A DNA stretch of 32,000 nucleotides from Cuniculiplasma divulgatum (GTDB taxonomy: Archaea; Thermoplasmatota; Thermoplasmata; Thermoplasmatales; Thermoplasmataceae): contig NZ_LT671858.1 of NCBI RefSeq assembly GCF_900083515.1, forward strand, positions 480,001 through 512,000. The letters are read 5' to 3'. The notes beneath the pieces are model-generated. The model saw only the letters and a program-made list of their open reading frames with translations, had not been told where the DNA came from and made no database searches. A program made the translations under genes and the position numbers. The first letter of the stretch is position 1. Each line of letters opens with the position of its first letter. Below, in pieces: positions 26,536 to 32,000 of this stretch.

Positions 26536-27144
26536 ATGATTGGAATGGAAGAAGAGTTGCTAATATCAGAGGAGGAATATCAGAAATCAGGCGTACATAT
26601 TGGTACCCAGGTTAAAACACAGGATATGGTGAAGTACATATTCAAGATTAGAAATGATGGACTGTACCTCCTTGATCTGAAGATTACAGATAAAATGCTT
26701 AAAATTGCTGGAAAAATGCTTTCCAGGATTGATCCCACTCAGATTCTTGTTGTGGCTCAGAGACAGTATGCGTTTAGACCTGTTACCAAGTTTTCAGAGG
26801 TTATAGGATCAAAGGCCATAGTTGGAAGGTTTATACCAGGAACATTAACAAATTACCAACTTCCAACATATACAGAAACAAAGGCGATAATAGTTACAGA
26901 TCCTCTTGCAGATACTCAGGTTATGAAGGAGGCAAAGGATGTTGGAGTTCCAATAATTGCTCTGTGTGACGCAAATAATAAAACAGATTTTGTAGATCTG
27001 GTCATACCCAGTAATAACAAAGGTAGAAGATCATTAGCCCTTGTATACTGGCTACTTTCCAGAGAAATTCTGAAAAACAGAGGAGATATCAAATCATACG
27101 ACGAATTTAAATTTACAATTGATGACTTCGAATCACAGATTTAA
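26536..27144 (+). CDS. rps2: 30S ribosomal protein uS2
   Basis: LLISEEEYQKSGVHIGTQ, ...ILVVAQRQYA..., IIVTDPLADTQVMKEAKDVGVPIIALCDANN. The ORF track starts at TTG 26521. ATG 26536 or 26545 is more plausible, given a TATA-like CATATATAGG ~40 nt upstream. Confidence 0.9.
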   Translation: MIGMEEELLISEEEYQKSGVHIGTQVKTQDMVKYIFKIRNDGLYLLDLKITDKMLKIAGKMLSRIDPTQILVVAQRQYAFRPVTKFSEVIGSKAIVGRFIPGTLTNYQLPTYTETKAIIVTDPLADTQVMKEAKDVGVPIIALCDANNKTDFVDLVIPSNNKGRRSLALVYWLLSREILKNRGDIKSYDEFKFTIDDFESQI

Positions 27145-28076
27145 TCTCTTAAATTCATTTCCTGTATATTTTTTATTCTTCTTATTCTTATGAAGTGACA
27201 CGTTTCGTCTTGAATCATTGCAAAGATCATTTCTTTCCTGACTGAGGCTGCTAACCTTACAGCCCTGCTGATTTCATACCATTCATTTTCTCCTTCGAGT
27301 ACGTGAATCAGAAAATCTGAATGATCATCCATGGATCCTTTGTAGGCTCTGAAGTTGCAGCCGTACTTGAATCCTGTTTTTACAATTAATCCACTTGAGA
27401 TAAGTTTCCTATAAATTCTTGATACCGGATCGCTGTTTTCTATTCCGTTTACATAGTTCATCTCACCCTCTGATAATATCACCAGATCCTCAAGATGATC
27501 CCCCATCCAATCTGGTTTCATATCTTTAGTGTGTATACCTCTGCCTCCAATCTTTACTGGAGTTACTGATGGAAGTTCAGGTGTGTTATTTCCTTCAAGA
27601 TTTACAGTGTTTGTGGTGTAATAAGTGATATCTCCATCGTCATCAACAGAGGCAATATTCTGTCCAGATATGGAAATCAACCAGCTACCATCGATCCTGC
27701 TTTTTTCCCGTATTGGGTAAATAATCCTTTTTACGCTCAATTTTTCGTTTTTCTTGGATATAATCAGACATTCATTTTCTATGGAAATCTTGGATCCTTC
27801 ATTCTTCAGGTCAAGATATACTCTCCACATATACAGATCGTTTTCCTCAAATAATGTGTTTATGAGCGTCAATGAATCGTTATAAAATGGATTTACTGGT
27901 TTCAGTCTATTTCTGTAATATAGGAATAACATTTCAAATGGTTTTAAAATAATATTTCTTCCAGATATTACTCCCATATTGTACTTACTGTGGATATACT
28001 GGGCACTTTTTCCATTTTCTATTGTAAACAGAATCGAATTGCATATGGCATAACTATCCTCTTTATCGTTTTCCAT
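27141..28076 (-). CDS. endA: tRNA-splicing endonuclease, two-repeat (alpha2) type
   Basis: 311 aa. C-terminal catalytic unit RIYRKLISSGLIVKTGFKYGCNFRAYKGSMDDHSDFLIHV...RAVRLAASVRK carries the Tyr/His/Lys triad context. The N-terminal half looks like a degenerate second repeat. The 3' end overlaps the rps2 3' end by 4 nt (convergent). Confidence 0.85.
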   Translation of the reverse strand: MENDKEDSYAICNSILFTIENGKSAQYIHSKYNMGVISGRNIILKPFEMLFLYYRNRLKPVNPFYNDSLTLINTLFEENDLYMWRVYLDLKNEGSKISIENECLIISKKNEKLSVKRIIYPIREKSRIDGSWLISISGQNIASVDDDGDITYYTTNTVNLEGNNTPELPSVTPVKIGGRGIHTKDMKPDWMGDHLEDLVILSEGEMNYVNGIENSDPVSRIYRKLISSGLIVKTGFKYGCNFRAYKGSMDDHSDFLIHVLEGENEWYEISRAVRLAASVRKEMIFAMIQDETCHFIRIRRIKNIQEMNLRD

Positions 28077-28572
28077 TTATTCTTCCAATTAGGAGCCTTG
28101 ATATACCGTTTACCATATTATTTACGGTCTCTGGTTGCTTTGCGGATACCATATATAAGTTGAGTCCAAACTTTTTTGCCATTGGTTCGAGATCTTCTTT
28201 CCACGTTACTGCCTCATACTTTCTATCAACCTTATTTGCCGCAAGAATGAGAAGACCCTTTTTCTGAGAGTTTTTAATGAACTTTGTTACTTCTCCCTCG
28301 TTTAGTTTCTTTGTGACATCAACAACAATAATAATAGCCGAAGACCCCGCAAGCAACTTCTCGTTATCTGGAAAACCATCTATTTCCTGAAATATAAGCT
28401 CAGCGTGATAATTTTTTCCATCATCCTCAAATGAAACTTTTTTTCTTAGTAATCCCTTATTAATAAAACTTCCAGCTTCACTATCAAACACTATTCTTGA
28501 TATTAAAGAGCTTTTACCGGATTCCGTGTCCCCAACCAAGCTGACTTTCCACATCAGCCTTCCTGAAATCAT
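28063..28572 (-). CDS. small Ras-superfamily-like GTPase
   Basis: 169 aa. G1 is GDTESGKS, G4 is NKVD, G5 is SAK. The G3 region (FQEIDGF) is non-canonical. Overlaps the endA start by 14 nt. Confidence 0.75.
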   Translation of the reverse strand: MISGRLMWKVSLVGDTESGKSSLISRIVFDSEAGSFINKGLLRKKVSFEDDGKNYHAELIFQEIDGFPDNEKLLAGSSAIIIVVDVTKKLNEGEVTKFIKNSQKKGLLILAANKVDRKYEAVTWKEDLEPMAKKFGLNLYMVSAKQPETVNNMVNGISRLLIGRINGKR

Positions 28573-28814
28573 CGGTCAACATTTTCTCCTTTGTTATAAT
28601 ATTTTTTGTAATAGCACACTTTTTCTTAACTTTAAGCTGATTTTATCTCGATTCTTTAATTCAAAGAATTTTGTCTTTCAATTTCAATTACAACCTTATT
28701 TTTGTGGAGATTCAAATGTTCTATTCACATTAATTTTCTCAATATAATTGCTCAATACTGGATGAGGTATATCTAGGTAAGACAAATCTATAAATGAATT
28801 TATAATATCTGTTT

Positions 28815-30011
28815 ATGAAATATAACTTTTCAGATGTTGTAAATAGAATGAAACCCTCTGAAATCAGAGAACTAAACAAAATGGCATCATCACCAGGGAT
28901 AATATCACTGGGAGGAGGGATGCCAAGCCCGGAAACATTTCCTATCAAAGAACTGACAGAAATCATGGAATTTGTAATGAAAAATAATTCAGATCTGGCT
29001 CTGCAATATGGAAATACATTAGGAATAAATCCTGTTAGGGAACAAATTTCAAAAATGCTGGAAAAGACTGAAGGAATAAAATGTAATATGGAAAATATAA
29101 TTGTTAACTCCGGTTCACAGCAGGGTTTGTATGAATTGGGAACAGTGCTTGCAAATCCAGGAGATACAGTAATAACAGAGGAACCAACTTATGTAGGTGC
29201 TGTATCGGCCTTTTCAGCAAATGGGTTAAAAATGGAGGGGATTCCTGTTGACCACAACGGAATGAAGGTTGAATTGCTTGAGGAAAAGATTAAGAAACTT
29301 ATTTTAGAAGGTAGAAAACCAAGGTTCATATATGTAATACCAACATTCCAAAATCCAACTGGATACACCATGCCTGTGGAGAGAAGGAAAGTTCTTATTG
29401 AAATTTCAAAAAAGTATGATGTTCCTCTTGTGGAGGACAATCCATATGGTCAGTTGAGATATTATGGAGAACCTGTACCTTGCATCAGATCCATGACAGG
29501 TGGAGAAGATGTAATTTATCTTGGAACGTTTTCTAAAGTAATGACACCTGGTCTAAGGCTGGGATATACCATAGCTCCAGAACCCGTAATGGAAAAGTTT
29601 AATCTTATTAAGCAGGCACTTGATCTTGCAACAAACTCGTTCTCTCAATATGTTGCCTATGAATACATTAAAAGGGGGATAATCTACAAGCAGGTCGAAC
29701 TGAATAAACAAATATACAGGAAGAAAAGAGATGCAATTGTAAACGCCCTTAAGGCAAATATGTCTGATATTTCAACTTTCTCAGAACCCGATGGTGGTAT
29801 GTTTGTCTGGGTCACAGTAGATAAAAATGTAGATACGAAACAGATGATTCCACTTGCCATCAAAAATGGCGTAGCATATGTAAGTGGACAGGCATTTACA
29901 ACAAATGGTACTCAAAAGTCATCAATGAGACTTAATTTCACATTTGGATCAGTAGAACAGCTTGAAGAGGGCATAAAGAGGATAAGGAAGACAATAAATG
30001 AATCAGCCTAG
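28815..30011 (+). CDS. PLP-dependent class I/II aminotransferase (AspC/ArAT/LysN-like)
   Basis: 398 aa. N-terminal PSEIRELNK...ISLGGGMPSPETFP. PLP-lysine block GTFSKVMTPGLRLGY. Substrate not assignable from sequence alone. Confidence 0.85.
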   Translation: MKYNFSDVVNRMKPSEIRELNKMASSPGIISLGGGMPSPETFPIKELTEIMEFVMKNNSDLALQYGNTLGINPVREQISKMLEKTEGIKCNMENIIVNSGSQQGLYELGTVLANPGDTVITEEPTYVGAVSAFSANGLKMEGIPVDHNGMKVELLEEKIKKLILEGRKPRFIYVIPTFQNPTGYTMPVERRKVLIEISKKYDVPLVEDNPYGQLRYYGEPVPCIRSMTGGEDVIYLGTFSKVMTPGLRLGYTIAPEPVMEKFNLIKQALDLATNSFSQYVAYEYIKRGIIYKQVELNKQIYRKKRDAIVNALKANMSDISTFSEPDGGMFVWVTVDKNVDTKQMIPLAIKNGVAYVSGQAFTTNGTQKSSMRLNFTFGSVEQLEEGIKRIRKTINESA

Positions 30012-30945
30012 TAAGAAAGGAATTACCATTGTAGCGGGTACCTTTGGGCATCTGCATAAAGGTCATAAGGCCCTTCTGATGAGAGCTATTTCCACAAAAA
30101 AATTCATTATCGTTGGAATAACATCTGATGAATATGTGAAAAAGACCAAAAATTATAATGTGAGAGATTACAAATCAAGAAGTGATTCTGTATATAAGTT
30201 TCTCAGAGAGAAGAATGCAAATTTTACCATTAAGCCAATAGAAAATAATTCTGGCGATGCTGATAAAAATAAGGATTATACTGATATTATAGTATCTAAG
30301 GAAACAGAAGGAAGTGCCAGAATTTTAAACAATAAAAGATTGAAAAATGGGCTAAAACCAATGCATATACATACGGTAAACACAAAAATTGCAAATGACT
30401 TTTTTGTTTTAAGTTCGTCAAGAATTGATAGTGGCGAGATAGACGAGGAAGGAAAAAGGCTCAATCCCTTAAGAGTTTCAATTATCCTATCTAAGAATAT
30501 CCAAAAAGCATACAGGGATTCAATTTTAAGATCGGTTTTTAAAAATTCTCCAATTTCAAGTAGCATAGAAGTTAAAAATTCAGAAATATTTCCAGACTTT
30601 TCAGATTTTAAACGAACAAACAGCGGTAAAATAATGGATTTTGATTACCTGATTTTGATTTCTGAGGGCATCCTGCCCTATAGTAGGGGTTCTAGAAATA
30701 AGGTTTGTGTGCGAAGTTTTATTATTGACAAATACGGCACAGTAGGTGAGGGGATAAGTAGCTCTATTGAAATGCCAGAACAATTCTATTCAGCCTTTGT
30801 AAGGGGCAGCGATAAATTAAATATATTTAATCTGGAAAGCAGAGGATATTTCAGTAAAATGATTTTAGAGTCAGTAAAAAGCAGTTTGCAGTGCAGGACT
30901 AAGCCATGGGAATTTGGTGTATTTGATAGGATACAATCGGTATAA
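29998..30945 (+). CDS. archaeal-type phosphopantetheine adenylyltransferase fused to a ~160-aa YjjX/DUF84-like C-terminal domain
   Basis: N-terminal ~155 aa is a nucleotidyltransferase with HxGH (GTFGHLHKGHKALL), IVGITSDEY and ISSSRI-like SSSRIDSGEID. The C-terminal half aligns by eye with the YjjX NTPase pattern (VSIILSKNIQKA...; DYLILISEGI; VRSFIIDKYGTVGEGISSSIEMP). Overlaps the aminotransferase gene by 14 nt. Confidence 0.7.
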   Translation: MNQPSKKGITIVAGTFGHLHKGHKALLMRAISTKKFIIVGITSDEYVKKTKNYNVRDYKSRSDSVYKFLREKNANFTIKPIENNSGDADKNKDYTDIIVSKETEGSARILNNKRLKNGLKPMHIHTVNTKIANDFFVLSSSRIDSGEIDEEGKRLNPLRVSIILSKNIQKAYRDSILRSVFKNSPISSSIEVKNSEIFPDFSDFKRTNSGKIMDFDYLILISEGILPYSRGSRNKVCVRSFIIDKYGTVGEGISSSIEMPEQFYSAFVRGSDKLNIFNLESRGYFSKMILESVKSSLQCRTKPWEFGVFDRIQSV

Positions 30946-30991
30946 AAAAACAATAGACATATTAATGTGAATTTAATGTTTAAACGATAAT

Positions 30992-31288
30992 ATGGTTACC
31001 AAAGAAGAAATATTGGAAGCCCTTCAGGCTGTAGAGGACCCTGAAATAGGAATGGATGTGGTTAATCTAGGTCTAGTATACGATGTCCAGATCAACAAAG
31101 ATAATGTTTACATAAAAATGACTATGACTGCACCAACATGCCCTGTAACTCCCTGGATTCTATCTGAAGTCCAAAAAATAGTAGAAAACATGGCCGGTGT
31201 TGAAATGGCAGATGTAGAGCTCGTTTGGGAACCACCATGGAATCCATCAATGATGTCTGAGGTTGCCAGAGATGCTCTCAATATGTAA
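30992..31288 (+). CDS. DUF59 / MIP18-SufT-like Fe-S cluster assembly protein
   Basis: 98 aa. EEILEALQAVEDPEIGMDVVNLGLVYDV...VYIKMTMTAPTCPV is the classic DUF59 pattern with the conserved Cys. Confidence 0.8.
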   Translation: MVTKEEILEALQAVEDPEIGMDVVNLGLVYDVQINKDNVYIKMTMTAPTCPVTPWILSEVQKIVENMAGVEMADVELVWEPPWNPSMMSEVARDALNM

Positions 31289-31291
31289 GTT

Positions 31292-31576
31292 CTATGACTT
31301 TACTCCATTTTTATCCTTGAGTCTTTTTATGTCTGCTGCCCATAAATGAGCTCTGCACACTGTGATTTGCATATCATTTATGTACAAGGTGGATGTTGTC
31401 ATTGCAGTTTTTTTGTAGGACAAATGATCTATATTCTCTATAGGTACCCTTATCTGATCACCCTTTCTTGGGGTATATATAAGACCCTCATCTGTTAACT
31501 TCAGAACACCTTTAGTATCATTTAAGATCGCAAGATCGACGCGCACAGGATTATCTGTTTTTTTCACATCGCTCAT
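31292..31576 (-). CDS. hypothetical protein (94 aa)
   Basis: ORF convergent with the DUF59 gene (3-nt gap). Mostly beta-type pattern, no motif recognised. Confidence 0.45.
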   Translation of the reverse strand: MSDVKKTDNPVRVDLAILNDTKGVLKLTDEGLIYTPRKGDQIRVPIENIDHLSYKKTAMTTSTLYINDMQITVCRAHLWAADIKRLKDKNGVKS

Positions 31577-31704
31577 ATGTAATGCATACTATAACAAACT
31601 TCAATATAGAACTACTGCTAAAAATTAATTGAGCTTCCTGGTAATACGAATAAAAAACAAGATGTCATATCATCCTTGACTGTCATAGTATAAAAAATGT
31701 TATC

Positions 31705-31712
31705 TTTATATA
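31705..31712 (+). promoter_or_regulatory. TATA-box-like element upstream of tbp
   Basis: TTTATATA is centred ~33 nt upstream of ATG 31741, preceded by an A-rich stretch. Sequence-only inference. Confidence 0.4.
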
Positions 31713-31740
31713 TAGTTTAAATATAAGAGATTTGGTTTTT

Positions 31741-32000
31741 ATGAGTGAAAGAGAAAAAATCAACATCGAGAACATAGTCGCATCAACATCACTGGCTGAA
31801 CACCTCGATCTGAGCAAAATAGCATTGGCACTGGAAGGGTCAGAATATGAGCCAGAACAGTTTCCAGGATTGATTTACAGATTGAAGGAACCTAAAACTG
31901 CTGTCCTGATTTTCAGGAGCGGAAAAGTAAATTGTACAGGAGCAAAAAATCTTACTAATGTAAGATTGACCATTCAGACAATTATCTCTACCCTGAAAAA
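31741..32000 (+). CDS. tbp: TATA-box binding protein, 3'-truncated by window edge
   Basis: Absent from the ORF track because the frame runs off the window end. Translation: MSEREKINIENIVASTSLAEHLDLSKIALALEGSEYEPEQFPGLIYRLKEPKTAVLIFRSGKVNCTGAKN... This is the first TBP repeat signature (IENIVAS, EYEPEQFPGL.YRL, LIF.SGK..CTGAK). Confidence 0.9.
   Translation, partial: MSEREKINIENIVASTSLAEHLDLSKIALALEGSEYEPEQFPGLIYRLKEPKTAVLIFRSGKVNCTGAKNLTNVRLTIQTIISTLK

Noticed and set aside
31663-31687. Direct repeat TGTCATA (31663-31669 and 31681-31687) upstream of the tbp TATA box, as a possible operator
   Set aside because: It is only 7 nt and could easily be chance. It is noted but not supportable from sequence alone.

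Overview
AT-rich (roughly 35-40% GC by eye, not computed) archaeal chromosomal segment. Gene content fits a Thermoplasmata/Thermoplasmatales-type euryarchaeon: tricorn-factor-F3-like M1 aminopeptidase, family B DNA polymerase, ABCE1, long archaeal archaeosine tRNA-guanine transglycosylase, two-repeat tRNA splicing endonuclease, split GMP synthase subunit B, geranylgeranyl reductase, TBP, and a TPP riboswitch. About 33 tightly packed protein genes, mostly housekeeping, many separated by under 15 nt or overlapping. The one clearly non-core stretch is nt ~8260-10760. It holds a TPP riboswitch driving an MFS transporter, a ~500-nt ORF-free gap, a three-ORF cassette of small uncharacterised proteins, and an internally deleted IS4/IS5-type element remnant with 12-bp terminal inverted repeats. 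Two cassette ORFs are paralogous 3-TM proteins whose last 75 nt are identical at nucleotide level. I see no recognisable defence system, CRISPR array, tRNA or rRNA. The best candidates for something undescribed are the small-ORF cassette, a CBS protein with an HPF/RaiA-like C-terminal domain, a PPAT fused to a YjjX/DUF84-like domain, and a Ras-like GTPase translationally coupled to EndA. All product names rest on motif recognition by eye; no database search was possible.
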